64,000 nt of DNA, from NCBI GenBank assembly GCA_964016885.1, contig OZ024742.1, positions 230,020,001 through 230,084,000 on the forward strand. The letters run 5' to 3'. The notes under the pieces are model-generated. The model was given only the letters and a program-made list of their open reading frames with translations, was not told the DNA's origin and did no database searches. This DNA is from Eledone cirrhosa. Lineage: Eukaryota. Positions 1 to 14,159 of this stretch are shown here, piece after piece. How positions within the stretch are numbered: the stretch's first letter is position 1; every line of letters starts with the position of its first letter. The translations under genes and the position numbers were made by a program.

Positions 1-1412
1 TTTTTGTAAGTGTGTATGTGTTTGCGCATTTATATTTATATACTCAAACATAAAAATGGATGCATATGCACATACACACACGCACACACATACACTCACA
101 CATGTCAGTGTGTTTAAAAAATCTTGGTTATTAAAATGACTTACAACCGTCACTCATAATCAAATATGACTTGGTAGTATGTATTTTGGTTTCGCTAAGG
201 ATTTCTGAATCGCATGCAATTGCGAGCGGACACAGATCACCCTGTCAAACCACTCAATTTTCCTCCAGCAGAACATCCATTATGTGATAGCTTGGCGGAA
301 ATAGGGTTTCCCCTGCAATGGTCTGGTACTTTTGTTATCGACTCGGAAAAGATTAAAAGCAAAGGTGACTTCGGCGAAATTTGACCTCAGAATGCAGAGA
401 TCTGGAAAAGATATCTAACGATCTAACGATTTCGTTCAATTGATCGAGTGCCATCGACAATTCATATGCTTTTCAAAATGTTAGTCCGATTTAGAGGTAT
501 TTGGAAACTCAGTCTAGAAATCGTTACACAATGATGCAATGTAACGTCTTTATTTATTTATGTTTGGAAAGCAAGTCTCAGGACTTTCTATCTCCTTATG
601 TAAATGAGATCTTTCAAAATACTAATGCACACCAGATATGTCACTATCTACTTATGAGTGTTTGATATCTTTATGTATTTATATATAAATATATATATAT
701 ATATCTACTTGCTGTTAGAAATGTATAAATGTTATATTATATTTACAAGTAAATACTAAAGCAAAATGTAATTTAATGATATTACTTGATACATGTAAGA
801 TAAATGTTCCTGAATACTTGAAAGCTTTTCCAAACAGTTAGGTGACTTTCGTATAATAAATATAAACTATTAAAATTTATTGATATTTAAGTTCTAAACG
901 TGCAGAATAATATATTACTAGATTAGTTTTATTACTAGACATTCACCAAAGGCAGTACAATATCGTTTGTTTAAGTGAACCATTGTTATTGTTAGAGCAT
1001 GTGAATCGTTTGGCCGTCTTAGAGAATGTTTGCGATATTCCCACTGGTTCTCTGCGCTCTGAGGTCAAGAACTCACTGAAGTAAAACTTCTCTTTCACTC
1101 TTTCGCGTTTGATGAATAAAATACCAGTTAAATACTGGGAGCGATGTTTCCGACACTTTCTTTTCCTCTCCCTTTCTGTCCATCTGTCTCACCATCTCTA
1201 TTTCCCTCGCTCTCGTTATTGTTTATCTGAAGGGGCCAAAAAACGAGCGTTCGCATCGTGGCCTCAACATTTCTTCTACTACAACAGACTGTTGATACAA
1301 AACGTATAGAGCGGGAATATATACCGCATGTTCTAGCTATTTTATTCTCTCCAGGTATTTGTAAATACATTATGTACACTATATATACATATATATTACC
1401 TAAACCATATAT

Positions 1413-1595
1413 TAATTGTTTCTACTTGAGGCACAAGGCCAGCAATTACCCAGTACATTACTGGTACTTTATTTTATCGACCCCGTAAGGATGAAAGGCA
1501 AAGTTAACCTCGGCGGGATTTGAACTCAGACTGCAAAGGGACGTAACTATGCTAGAAAGCATGGCGTACAACCCTCTACCGATACTGCCAATTCA
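1413..1595 (-). mobile_element. tRNA-derived SINE, family A (about 190 bp), full copy
   Basis: Reverse complement of the recurring unit GGCGGTGGATTGGCAGTATCGGTAGAG...GAGTTCAAATCCCGCCGAGGTTAACTTTGCCTTTCATCCTTACGGGGTCGATAAAATAAAGTACCAG...GGCCTTGTGCC...AGAAACAATTA, which has A-box-like (TGGCAGTATCGG) and B-box (GTTCAAATCC) motifs; more than 20 copies in the window. Confidence 0.85.
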
Positions 1596-1684
1596 CATAT
1601 ATTAATGATATGTAGCTGGTACCGATTACTATATGAAATAAAATTGGAGCTTATATTTCATCTATGGCTGCAACCTGTTGACAG

Positions 1685-1905
1685 CTTTGCGGTTCTACAT
1701 TTCACATCTGGTTTTAGCGTATTACCAGATTTGAGGGCCTACATTTTACACATCATCGATCCCTATTTTCAGATTTGAGAGCCTACATTTCACATATTCT
1801 TTGCGTCTTTTACCAGTGGGGAGGGGTTCATTTTACATTTGGTTCATACATAATACAAGTTTTGCGGCTACAATTCACATCTAGTTTGGGCCTATTAACA
1901 ATTTT
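1685..1905. repeat. Degenerate minisatellite, unit about 45 bp
   Basis: Recurring CTACATTTCACATCTGGTT...TTACCAGATTTGAGGGC-like units, about 5 copies. Confidence 0.55.
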
Positions 1906-2221
1906 ACACGGGCTTGAATATATTAGATATGCGATTAATCAATAAATATATTAGCTTCAAGTATTACTCAAACTTTCTTTGTTTCCAAAATTAGAAAATA
2001 ATGAGACTACCATTTTCCCTTATCACATCAAGATGATGGTGTCATGCCTGAAGAAGAAGTGTCCTGAAGTAGAAAGGTTGATGCAGCGGCAATTGCTGGT
2101 TGTTCCCACGGGATGATCCTGCCCCAACGAGTACGTAGAGTTTTCTTGCGCTCTTCATATTCGCTTATTTTTGTATTTTAAATTTGTTAATGAAAGATAA
2201 ACATAGAGATTTCATACGCCA

Positions 2222-2365
2222 TGAGTTCAATTCCTGTCGAAGTTAACTTTGCCTTTCATCCTTACGGGGTCGATAAAATAAAGCACCAGTAACATACTGA
2301 AGTCGATTTAATCGACTTTCTCCTCCCCGCAAATTACTGGCCTTGTGCCTAAACTAGAAATCATA
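2222..2365 (+). mobile_element. SINE family A, 5'-truncated
   Basis: GAGTTCAATTCC...GTTAACTTTGCCTTTCATCCTTACGGGGTCGATAAAATAAAGCACCAG...GGCCTTGTGCCTAAACTAGAAA. Confidence 0.8.
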
Positions 2366-3012
2366 TATTTACACGCCATACAGTGTCACCGTATCTGCAG
2401 CGGGGAATATCATAGGATTTTTCTAATGTTTTAATCGTAATATTGTAAATTATTATAATACTAATTTACCCATGCCATGAATAGTGTCAGGAATAGCGAT
2501 GTACGATTTAGATTTTTGCAGACCAGAATTGGTATATCATACAAACCGGGACAACTGGATATATGAACAATCATAACTAAGAAATTGGCATTTTGATAAA
2601 TTCATGGTTTGCATAAGTGAAATATAGTTTATGTTAATCACTGAAATGTAGAGTTGATTAAAATGAGAACGATAATTTAGTGTTTATTTCTAGGATCTAA
2701 TTACATAAATGCTTTGCAAATATGTGCGAAAGTGATGCAGGATTAAACCTATGGGTAACGTTAGAGAAATAAATATTAATATGGACATCTGAGACTTAGA
2801 AAGCAAGAACTTGTAATTATAAGTGAACTTCTAAATTTAGCTGTATTATCGAGAAATATTGTGTTTACGAGTTTGATATTTGTGTGAAAGAATTTTAAAG
2901 AGTAACACAAACACACATACATGCACACACACATACACACACACACATACACACACATACACACACACACATATGATGATTTCTTCTGAATTAAAGAGTT
3001 TGTATATTAAAC

Positions 3013-3047
<35 letters not shown>

Positions 3048-3994
3048 GCTTTATTGTCGTTTTATCAACTTATAGAACTGTCTACACACACACACGCACA
3101 TACACACAGACACACACACGCACGCACACACACGCACATACACACAGACACACACACGCACGCACACACACACACATATATATATTTATATATTTGTGTG
3201 TGCGTATGTATATGTATGTGTATGTATGCCTTGGCGCATACTTATGCATTAATAACCTTATTATTAATAACCTCTGTAATTTTCGTTCAACAATTTTATT
3301 TACACTAGCAGAAAAACCACCCTTCGAGTGGTTTTCTGCTAGCATGTGTAGTGTGCATATTGTTATTATATGCAAATATATATGCATTTAGATATGATAC
3401 GTCAAATAAAATCGTAAGTGAGAATATGCACAGAAATTGAAGAGAGACTGTGTTACACTCTCTTCCATAATCAGTAAAGTAATCTATGATACATTTAAAA
3501 ATGACGATATTATATATAAACTACATTACCAGAAAATTAGCGACGGAAATATTATCCTTATATGAACGTTTATATAAGCGATATAATAAGTGTTATAATA
3601 TAACGAACGCTAACCGGAAGTGTTGACATTCGAACATTTTAAAGAAGTGAATCTTGAAATAAGCAATAAAATTATTTATATTTAATCAAGAGTTACGAAA
3701 TTTAGTACATAAATTATGTAATATCCATTCATTATTTATTCAAAGTAATCCAACTTATTTTACAAACGGGATGAAAAATATATTCAGGACGCAGTCCCTC
3801 ACTCCTTCCTTTATTATATTTTGATCATTCTTAAACTCCGGAGCTGGAAATCATTCGGTTATACTAAATAGAATATTAGTCTAACGAGATGTGTTTTGTC
3901 TTTGCAAGAAATTGTTCTTCTCACTGCACACAACGACGACGTAATTATCCTCGTTTTTTCCCCCATTCATTGCCAGAGTATGTCGTCACGAACC

Positions 3995-4140
3995 AAAGTA
4001 TCGTCTTCCTGTTTTCCTTAGGTTGTAACGGTTTTCGAAATATTTACTTCTTGCCTCCACAGATCGACTATTTTAGTTTCAGAAGATCCCGTTAAGGGTG
4101 AAAGCAGCGATTTTTGCTTGAAATTTAATCTGTTCTTATA
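3995..4140 (+). mobile_element. PLE-type 3' end fragment (CAGAAGA-hammerhead family)
   Basis: Homologous to 33410-33550; ends in (TA)n; a further tail-only piece at 4517-4560. Confidence 0.6.
4075..4124 (+). ncRNA. Type I hammerhead-like motif, core CAGAAGA
   Basis: TTT-CAGAAGA-T-CCC(GTTAA)GGG-T-GAAA-GCA..TGC-TT-GAA; stem I only 3 bp in this copy. Confidence 0.5.
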
Positions 4141-4300
4141 ATATATATATATAGAGATACATATATTAGAAAAGGTTCTATACAAAACAGTTCATATATA
4201 ATGTCATCTTTTCAATAATGTCACTTTGACAAATCAAAGAAAGGATAAAAAAAAAGAAAAAAAGACCCTAAAATATATTTTCCATGCTATTTCCAACTTC

Positions 4301-4369
<69 letters not shown>

Positions 4370-4552
4370 TTTCTGAATGTCAGTATAAAAATTTATATCC
4401 TACTGTATGTTTAAGATTAAATATTTAAAACATTTGTGATATTTTCTACCCTCGTAATTTTAGACACGAAATTTACTGTTTATTTATACATATATTACTA
4501 TATATATATATATATAAGCGATTCTTTGCTTAAACTTTAATCTGTTATTTTA

Positions 4553-4604
<52 letters not shown>

Positions 4605-7600
4605 ATATATGTATAAATAAACCCACACACACACACACATGCACACACAGATACACATACGCACATATATATATAGTAATATATGTATAAATAAACACAG
4701 TAAATTTCGTGTCTAAAATTATATATATGTGTGTGTGTGTCTGTGTGTCTGTGTGTGTGTGTGTATGTGTGTGTACAACACATATGGCTTATTGTATAGT
4801 TTATTCTTATTAAGATGGCTAAAAAGTCACAAATGACGAAAATCACATTTCCCCTAGGTATAATATTTCCAGGTAGCACAATTGGGAGAGTCGTTAGAAT
4901 TTCTAATTCAATATTTCAGTATTTGTTTCGGATCCCTTTACTTTGATTTCGAATCCCACCAATCTTGGAGTCGATAAAATAAAGTAGCAGTATTGTGTGT
5001 GTGCTTGTGTGAATGTATGTGTGCGGAGGGGATGGAGAAAGAACTATAGCAAAACATCGGCTGGCGTTCCATTTCATACGCTGTGTATGAGTGTATGTGT
5101 ATGTGTGTATTTGTGTAAATGTATCTGTGTTTTTTTTCTGAATATGTCTGTGTTTGTGTGAATATATGTGTATTTGTGTGAATGTATGTCTGTGAGCGTA
5201 TATTTTGTAAGTGTGTCTGTGTTTCCGCGTTTATATTTATATTCTCATACATATAAATATATGTACTCATACATATAAATATATGCTCACACACATACAC
5301 ACATACACACTGACACACACACACATGCACACACATATACACATACGCACAGAAAATTGCAATTTTCTTTTCATTTCATGTGGTGACAAGCTGAAGCGTT
5401 TTGAAAACAATTCTAGTTAATGAAATTGTTAAAACGTCGAACAGAAGGAAATACTTTGCTGCACTTAATCCAGCACTGCGCGTTCTGAGTGTACATACAT
5501 ACCATCACTGTCTATCAGAAGTTGCGACCAGCATATAGTATCAACAATGGAACGATCACGGGAAACGTTGTTTCTTCGTCTGATCCTTTCTTTATTTTTC
5601 CTTTCTCATTTCCAAAATGAAGTAAGCCAATGTTTCCTACGTATCAGGAATAACACATGTTCCATATTAAACGATGTTAAATATGACAACATTCTAAAAT
5701 CTGTGTTCTTTGAAAAGAAATATTGTTTATATATTCTATTGTATCTTCTAAAATCTAATTACTTAGCTGGCCGATAATTTCTAAAGAAATATTTTATAAA
5801 TAAATCTCAGCAATTTATCAAAATTTGAATGGAATTTAACACTACTTTAGAATATTACATCTCTGATTATATGGCAGATGTTTTTTGATTAGTTTATCTA
5901 ATAAATTAATGCGATATTTTATTTTATTTGTATATTTAATTTATACATTTAATCGCTAATGATGAAAATGAAATAAATACCTATACTTATGGCGACTTCT
6001 GTTGTTAGAAACATTATGTAAATTTAAGTTATTATCACTTCATAACCACAAAGATTTTGACAGTTTCATATAATTATCAATAGACGTATCTTATATTATT
6101 CTACTCATTACATATTTTCAATCGACATACAGTTAAATGTTACTTATGAGCACACGTATTGTCGGCTATATGAGAAGTTCATCATCGAACTTGCAGCGGT
6201 GGACATATATATGTGATGAGAATTGCGATGGCCAACCTGAATGATGAGCCCGCGAATTGTTCTGGTTATTTAAATTTATCTTTCATGCTAACCTGCTGTG
6301 TGAAGGAATCACAATCCTCTCTACCGGGGCAGTAATACAACATATTGTGATATTTTGCAAAGAACATAGGATGATATAAAAGAGATAGCTCGTGACATGG
6401 TTCACACGAACGTTATTGTTGTTATTGTTTAATAGTGTCTATAAAAATATGTATTCCATAGTTTGAGCTTTTATTACCATATTAAAACTATTTCATTGTT
6501 GTTTCGGCTCTTTACGTTCTGGGTTCCAATCCCGCAAAAGTCAACTTTTCCTTTCGTCCTTCAACACCTGATAGAATAAATTACTAATCAAACACTTGGC
6601 TTGACATAATCGATATTCCTCACCCTGCAAGCGACTGGCCTTTTGTATGAATTAGATGCCAATATTAAATCTCTATCATATCACAATTTTATTACATCGT
6701 CGGATTCAGACATATTTTGTTGGACCACTCTTGGTTTGGACGACGATTGTTCCAGTTGTTTAATCAACAGAACAGCCTGCACTTGATATGAACTTACTAC
6801 TGGCACTATATTTCATACACACGTGTAACTTTATCATAGTTCCCTGAGACAACAAGTGACACAGTGTGATATAGCTGGCTTTTGTAATACAGGTACAACA
6901 CATTTGTGCCAGGTGTGTGAACTGAAGCAACGTGAAAAATAATGTATTTCTTAAGGGTTCAACGCACCAAGTACGTACCATCGGCAGCCCAACCCCTAAT
7001 TTACATGATTAAGTAGAGGTCATTGTATAATCACATCGTGTGCAGGTTTAGATTTACTACTCAGTTGCAGACTTAGTTTACATTCCGCGTCAGACATCTA
7101 AACGCTGATAATTAAATTGAATTCTTTTAACAATAAAAAATGACACCAAAAGTACTTCAAACATGCATGAAGCGCCATGGCTGAAAATAGCATCGGAACC
7201 CTCGCATATAATTTATGTTATGATACAAATTATTTGGGAGAACTGAAAATATTTTGTGGCACTTAACTATATATATCACTGCACTCTTAACTTGGGACTG
7301 GGCACAACTTATGGTCAATAACCATTAGCTTCATATCCTCCTATAGATCAGACATAATTCAAAGTCATATATTCGATTCACTTTCAAACGCTCATATTTT
7401 ACATAACTGAATGACATTAGGTTGTAGTAATGTATGCGATTATGTAGTTGAATAAAATGGATCTGCATCGGTTTAGATGATTATTGCTTGTGATGTTCGA
7501 TCAACGGAACAACCTTCTCATGAAATACATTGTGTAAGTGGCTAACCATTCCCAGAAAACGCAAGTCTCAGTAATTCTCAGGGAGATTCAGCGTGACTCA

Positions 7601-9112
7601 ATATATGACAAGGCTCGGTCATTGAAGTACATATACAGACCATCCAACGGACTTCCAAATGCCTCCCATCGATTGATGTTACTTACAAGGCAAGAGTCAA
7701 CTCGAGGCTATGATAAATGACACTTGCCACTCGGTGAGATCGAACTGTAAACCATTTAATTTCAGTGTGGCAAAAACATACATTTTGTATTTCACTAAAA
7801 CAAACACAAGCGTACACACAACTAGGGGAACTTGCGTGGATTAACTTAATTATTACAACTCTCCAAATTCTACATTATTTTACAAATTATTCGAAAACCG
7901 TGTTTTCTTTCATTAATATAATGGCAAATAAATGGTTAAAATGTTTATATTTATTAAACAAATCGTTTATTATGATTTTATAATTTTGGTAATGTATTTT
8001 CTAAACACCGATTTAATAATGAAAAAGTTAGTTACATTACTAATTTCCTCCATATTACTGAATCTTTTCAAAATGATATGGAAACCTTTCATTGATAACG
8101 AAATTGCTAAAGTTGATTCAAACATGCACCTCCTTCGAAATACATCGGTAGATCATTATATGTCTATTTGCTAACGCGTAAGTCTTCGAAAATACTGTTA
8201 ACCTCAGTAACCTTGCCAAGTATATCCGTAAGGCTTATCCATTCTTCTTTTCTCTTTCCGCGATATTAATGAATAGAAAAATAAGATCCCTATCGTTTCA
8301 CTTACATTGCAATGTTGTTTAAATTTACTAAAATTCAAATGTAATATTAAGAGCTAAACAGTGGGAACTTCGTCGAGAATAACATTTAACTGTGTCACGA
8401 AATTTACTATTATAGAGGTGAGAATAAGAAACCTTTGAAGCGGAGATTTTCCCCGGAAATCCTGAAGTGAAGATCGTTTTATCAGCCGAATGAAAAGAAA
8501 AATGATGATCGGTTAATCTTTACATGAAGCAATAGTAGAGATGCTAGCGTTGAATATAAACAGCTTGGCAGCCGATGTTTTGTGCTACGATGAAAACTCG
8601 GTTGAGGATACGATGTATTCTATTGGATATTCGTTGTAATTGTTGGTGCCTTGAAGCCATTAATATCAAAGAAATATAAACCTATATCAATAGGATACTA
8701 TAGTAAATGTGCCATTAAATTCGATTGCCCCAATAGAATAATCTCTTCTCCTATTAGAGATCAATACTAGGAATCTCTTTTATACCTTCATATCTTTTCT
8801 TTTGATAAATGTCTGCTATGGAAGAATAAAATCGTTAAATAAATATATTGTTTTATGGACAACGTCATTATTTGTTTTTTTTGTTGTTGTTGTTTCTTCT
8901 CTCTATCTATCAATCGCTGTCTTTCTCTTTCTCATTTTTTATCTCTCACTCTGTATGTGTATAAATATATATATATATGTATACGCACACTCACGCATCC
9001 ACACACATAGATATAGATATACACACACACATATATATATGTATATAGATATACACACACACACACACACACACATTATATATATATATATATCTATATA
9101 TATATATATATA

Positions 9113-9330
9113 GTGAAAGCGTGTGGCTGAGTGGTTAGAGAATTGGATTCGCAATCGTAAGGTTGTGAGTTCGATTCCTGGACCAGGCGATGCGTTATGT
9201 CCTTGAGCAAGACACTTTATTTCACGTTGCTCCTTCTACCTGGAGTTGCGACCGATAGATAGTATTAACAATTGGAAAGACCAACGGAAACATTGTTTCC
9301 TCGGTCCGATTTGACGAAAGTCGATTGTCT
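9113..9330 (+). mobile_element. tRNA-derived SINE, family B
   Basis: A box TGGCTGAGTGG, B box GTTCGATTCC, central GTCCTTGAGCAAGACACTT motif; reverse copy at 56700-56900. Confidence 0.8.
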
Positions 9331-9334
9331 AAGA

Positions 9335-9370
<36 letters not shown>

Positions 9371-9496
9371 ATATATATATACATACACATATATGTGCGT
9401 ATATATATATATATATATATATACGCACACACATAAATATATATATACATACATAAATATATATATATATATTTACACATACATATATATATACAT

Positions 9497-9533
<37 letters not shown>

Positions 9534-9761
9534 CACACACATATATATGTATATATATATATATATATATACGCACACAAACACATAAATATATATATAC
9601 ATACATATATATATATATATATATACACATATATATATATATTTATGTGTGTGTATGAGTATGTGTGTGTGTATATACATGTAAATAAAGAAAGTTTGTA
9701 TTTGGTTTTTCGCTCGAACTTAGCGGATACGTAAATGAATACGTGAGATTTATATCGAATA

Positions 9762-10112
9762 ATAATTGTTTCTACGAAGGGTACTTTATTTTATCAACCC
9801 CGTAAGGATAAAAGGCAAAGTTAACCTCGGTGGGATCTGAACTCAGAATGGAAAGAGCCGTAACTCTATGCGTCAAAGCATGGCGTTCCACCTTCTACCG
9901 ATACTACCAATCTACAAGTAATTGTTTCTACTTTTTGGCACAAGGCCAGCAATTATCTCAGTGTATTACTGGTACTTTATTTTATCGACCCCCCCCCCTA
10001 AGGATGAAAGGCAAAGTTAATCTCGGCGGGGTTTGAACTCAGAATGGCAAGGGCCGTAACTCTTTGCGTCAAAGCATAGCGTCCGACCCTCTCCCGATAC
10101 TGCCAATCCAAT
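9762..10112 (-). mobile_element. Two tandem SINE family A copies
   Basis: Two reverse-complement matches to the family A consensus (about 9762-9915 and 9920-10112). Confidence 0.8.
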
Positions 10113-10200
10113 CTACAAATAATGATATTCCATTCATTTGCAAGCAAACAGCCCCATTACGCTATGTTTTTTTTATGATAATCGCCTTCACTTTGTTCTA

Positions 10201-10458
10201 GTGGTGACAAAGGGAAACAATCTACAACGTTGCTTCTGGGTGATTTCCCTTTGTTAATATTGTGTATCTCCTTTCTGCCACTCATCAGAACTCTTGAGAA
10301 TATATAGTATACTCTGAATTATACATCGGGTGATTAATATACTTTAGAGAATACTATACATTCTCAAGAGTCATAGCGAGTAACGGAAAAGAGATTCACT
10401 ACCTTGACACAGGGCAATAACCCAGAAACAAGGTTGTCGATTGTTTCTCTATGTCACT
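10201..10458. mobile_element. Fold-back / MITE-like imperfect palindrome (about 260 bp)
   Basis: GTGACAAAGGGAAACAATCTACAAC...ACTCTTGAGAAT mirrored by ATTCTCAAGAGT...GTTGTCGATTGTTTCTCTATGTCAC. Confidence 0.65.
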
Positions 10459-10565
10459 GCTGAAAAAAAAAAGTTTGGCGATGGTGAACTAAAAAATATA
10501 GCGTAATGAGGCTGTTTGCTTGCAAATGAATGGAATACTATCCTTATTCGATATAAAACTAACAA

Positions 10566-10785
<220 letters not shown>

Positions 10786-10889
10786 TATGAATGTAACGAG
10801 GGAAGTGTGGTAGGAAAACAGGTGGACCATAACGCACCAGAGTACTCGATACTTTGGGTAGAAGAGTGGGTAATATGAAATGGTTCAGG

Positions 10890-10985
10890 ACCCCGACGGC
10901 AGATCTCAAGCCGTTTCGAAGGCTATTTCTGGACTAAATTAAAATTTTTAGCGTGGTAATGATATAGCCAAACTTTCCAAGGAGT
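10890..10985 (-). ncRNA. Type I hammerhead-like motif, U3-A8 core, long stems II and III
   Basis: Minus strand: ACTCC-TTGGAAA-G..GGCTAT(~35 nt)ATAGCC..C-GAAAC-GGC(TTGAGATCT)GCC-GTC-GGGGT; stem I 5 bp, GUC triplet; position 6 is G instead of A. Confidence 0.55.
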
Positions 10986-11177
10986 AATTCCATATATGGG
11001 CATGCGATTCAAGCATTTCTGAAGGCTGTAGTTATCAAAAGTATTGGTCGAAATTTATTGTAAACACAGTGGTGGGTGAGGGGTGGTGGGTGGCTGAACT
11101 TGCCTGTGGAACAATGAGGGAGTGGGTAAATCCGGTCAAGCGTTGAAAGTAAATTCCTGCATCACTTTGACGATGTT

Positions 11178-12345
11178 TTGAGAGCCTTGGGAGAGGGCTC
11201 CAACACTGATGTCATCTACCTTGACTTCAGAAAGGCCTTCGACAGGGTTGATCATAAGATTCTACTGAAAAAACTATCCAATGTTGGTGTCTCTGGAAGG
11301 TTACTACAGTGGATCAACTGTTTTCTGACAGGCAGAACCCAGCATGCTGTAGTCGAAGGAGTAAAATCAAGCCCTGCCAAAGTCAGCAGTGGCGTCCCAA
11401 AAGGCACTGTGTTGGGCCCACTTCTTTTTATCATCTACATTAATGACATTACTGACATCATCAAGCACAGCAACATCAGAATCTTCGCAGACGATTCCAA
11501 GCTCCAAAGGCTCATCAATGAAGTGGGTGACCGGACTTGCCGTCAGTCAGACCTACGGGCTGTTATCCAATGGGCAGGAATGAATAATATGATGTTGAAT
11601 GAAGATAAATTTGAATTAATCCACTTTGGAAAAAAGGATGCCCTGAAACTACCATACTCTCTTCCTTCAGGAGAAACTCTAGTGGCTTCCAATAACATCA
11701 GAGACTTGGGAGTAATTGTGGACATCAACATAAGCTGGGTCACTCATATAAACAGCAAAGTTGATATGGCCCGCAGAATGTATTCCTGGATTCTTAGAAC
11801 TTTCCAGTCGAGAGATATCCACACTGTTATCCTTCTCTTCTCCACTTTTGCCCGACCGACCTTAAATACTGTTATCCACTGTGATCACCCCCACAGGAAA
11901 CAAAGTATCATGAAAGTTGAAGCACCCCAAAGGTCAATTACAAAAAAAGATAGATTAGAAAAGCTCAAATTTTATTCTCTCCAACGCCGCCCTGAGCGCT
12001 ACATTATCTGTATGATGTGGAAAATATTCCACCAGCTTTGCCCAAATGATGTTGGCATCACCTTTAGTGTACACACAAGGTTTGGGCCCCGTGCTATCCG
12101 CCCACGACAAAAATCTCACTCGCATCACATAACAACAATACAGCACAATTATTTCACCTAAGTTGGCCCTGCACCTTTTAACATTACACCAAGACACATC
12201 AAAGCAGAGACAGACCCCATCAAGTTCAAGAAGTCTTTGGATAAATTCCTTCAAAAAATCCCGGAGAAGCCTCCTAAACGCGGATATGCCTTCGTAAACA
12301 ATAACTCTCTGCTCGAGTGGGCCTTGGTGCCCAGACACTGATTTG
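11178..12345 (+). mobile_element. 5'-truncated CR1/L2-group LINE: RT domain and 3' end
   Basis: ORF 11178-12161 contains DVIYLDFRKAFDRVDH, GVPKGTVLGPLLF, FADD, RDLGVIVD; after a premature stop the frame continues as KKSLDKFLQKIPEKP...NNSL; followed by (TA)n. Confidence 0.9.
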
Positions 12346-12431
12346 TAAGACTTTGCCAGGTGGTGCCATTAAGTTAGATATAGCCTGGGCCAATACTGGC
12401 CGAAACCTATCAAAGTTATCAAAGTTATATA

Positions 12432-12434
<3 letters not shown>

Positions 12435-12525
<91 letters not shown>

Positions 12526-12537
12526 AATATATAATTA

Positions 12538-12573
<36 letters not shown>

Positions 12574-12575
12574 CA

Positions 12576-12670
<95 letters not shown>

Positions 12671-12708
12671 GTGTATATATATATATATACACATATATAT
12701 ATATATAT

Positions 12709-12752
<44 letters not shown>

Positions 12753-12811
12753 ATATATATATATTTATGTATATATATATATATATGTATATATGTATAT
12801 ATATATATATT

Positions 12812-12846
<35 letters not shown>

Positions 12847-12985
12847 ATATATATCTATATATATACATAAATATATATATATATATACATATATACATAT
12901 ATATATATATGTGTGTATATATGTATATATATATATATTTATGTATATATATATATATATGTATATATGTATATATATATATATT

Positions 12986-13020
<35 letters not shown>

Positions 13021-13130
13021 ATATATATCTATATATATACATAAATATATATATATATATACATATATACATATATATATATATGTGTGTATATATATAC
13101 ATATATATATATATATATGTATATATATAT
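12435..13130. repeat. Interrupted (TA)n tract containing an internal duplication of about 174 bp
   Basis: The same interruption pattern occurs twice (about 12740-12915 and 12915-13090). Confidence 0.85.
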
Positions 13131-14159
13131 GGTAATGCTTTTGCTAAATCTAATTCTAATAATGTTGTTTCTACTGATTCCATTATTGGCCCTAATCCTT
13201 TTAATATGATTCCAGATAGCAGCAGATATACTGGAGGTAGAAATAGAAAGAGACTTAATGGAGTTTCGGCTGATTCTAATAATGTGGTTTTAACTAGTCC
13301 TTGTAGTAACCCAAATCTTAATAATGGGATATTAGATAACGGTAGAGTTGGTAAGGATGAAAATAGAAGGAGACTAAATACTTATTTTAACCCGCCATAT
13401 AATCAGGAAGTATTAACTAACATCCCTAGGTCTTTCTTTTCTATCTTAGAGAAAAATTTCCCTCCTACTAATAAATACCATAGTATTTTTAATAAAAATT
13501 TAATTAAACTTCCATTCTCTACCACCCCTAATATTAGTTCTCATTTAGCTAGCACTAACAATGGGAAAATTAGGGATGGATACTCCTCTCTACGTACTAC
13601 TAGTCAGAATAGATCCGTAAATGCCTTACCACCAGAGCAGACCTTATCTCATAGTTATCCTACGTGTGATGCATCACTACTTCAGCCGATCAATAGCACC
13701 CGGATGTATAACTGTAGAGTGAGTGCTAACTGCCCTTTAAACGGTAACTGCCTCTCTAAGAACATCGTTTATGCTTGTGTAGTTAAAACTAATTCCTCTA
13801 ATAGCACATATATAGGCTCTACATCTAACACTTTTAAGACTAGGTTTAATTCTCATATCTCTAATTTTAAACATGTTAAGTTTAAGAATTCTACTTCTTT
13901 AGCACACCATATCTGGGATCTTAAGGGGGCTAATATACCATATAGCCTTAATTGGCGTATAGTAGCACGCTCTAATAACCTTTCAACACATACTAAATTT
14001 TGTAATCTCTGTATCCTTGAGACCCACTCTATAATTTTCTCTAGGGAAACCTTACTTAATAGAAAGTCTGAGATATTCTCTTCTTGCCCCCACGCCATTT
14101 CAAATTCTTACTTTTATTATAAACCTAAAGGTTCTAGTAGTGTAAATTGTATCCATTAG
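13131..14159 (+). pseudogene. PLE ORF C-terminal part: linker, Cys-rich motif and GIY-YIG endonuclease (RT lost to truncation)
   Basis: YFNPPY...[26 protein letters not shown]...[17 protein letters not shown]...SLAHHIW...CNLCILE...[14 protein letters not shown]; the N-terminal part of the called ORF is microsatellite. Confidence 0.85.

Noticed and set aside
2020-2200. GC-richer segment with short open frames on the minus strand
   Set aside because: The polypyrimidine tract ends in CAT rather than AG; no recognisable protein
9113-9190. tRNA-like heads with A/B boxes (also in all SINE A copies)
   Set aside because: They run into SINE bodies and have no clean cloverleaf or poly-T terminator; not tRNA genes
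10262-10292. CTGATGAG...GAAA on the minus strand
   Set aside because: No stem I or II; not mirrored in the other arm of the MITE-like palindrome
12603-13130. N-terminal part of the 518-aa ORF
   Set aside because: (TA)n read-through in frame with the truncated PLE ORF; not a real fusion protein
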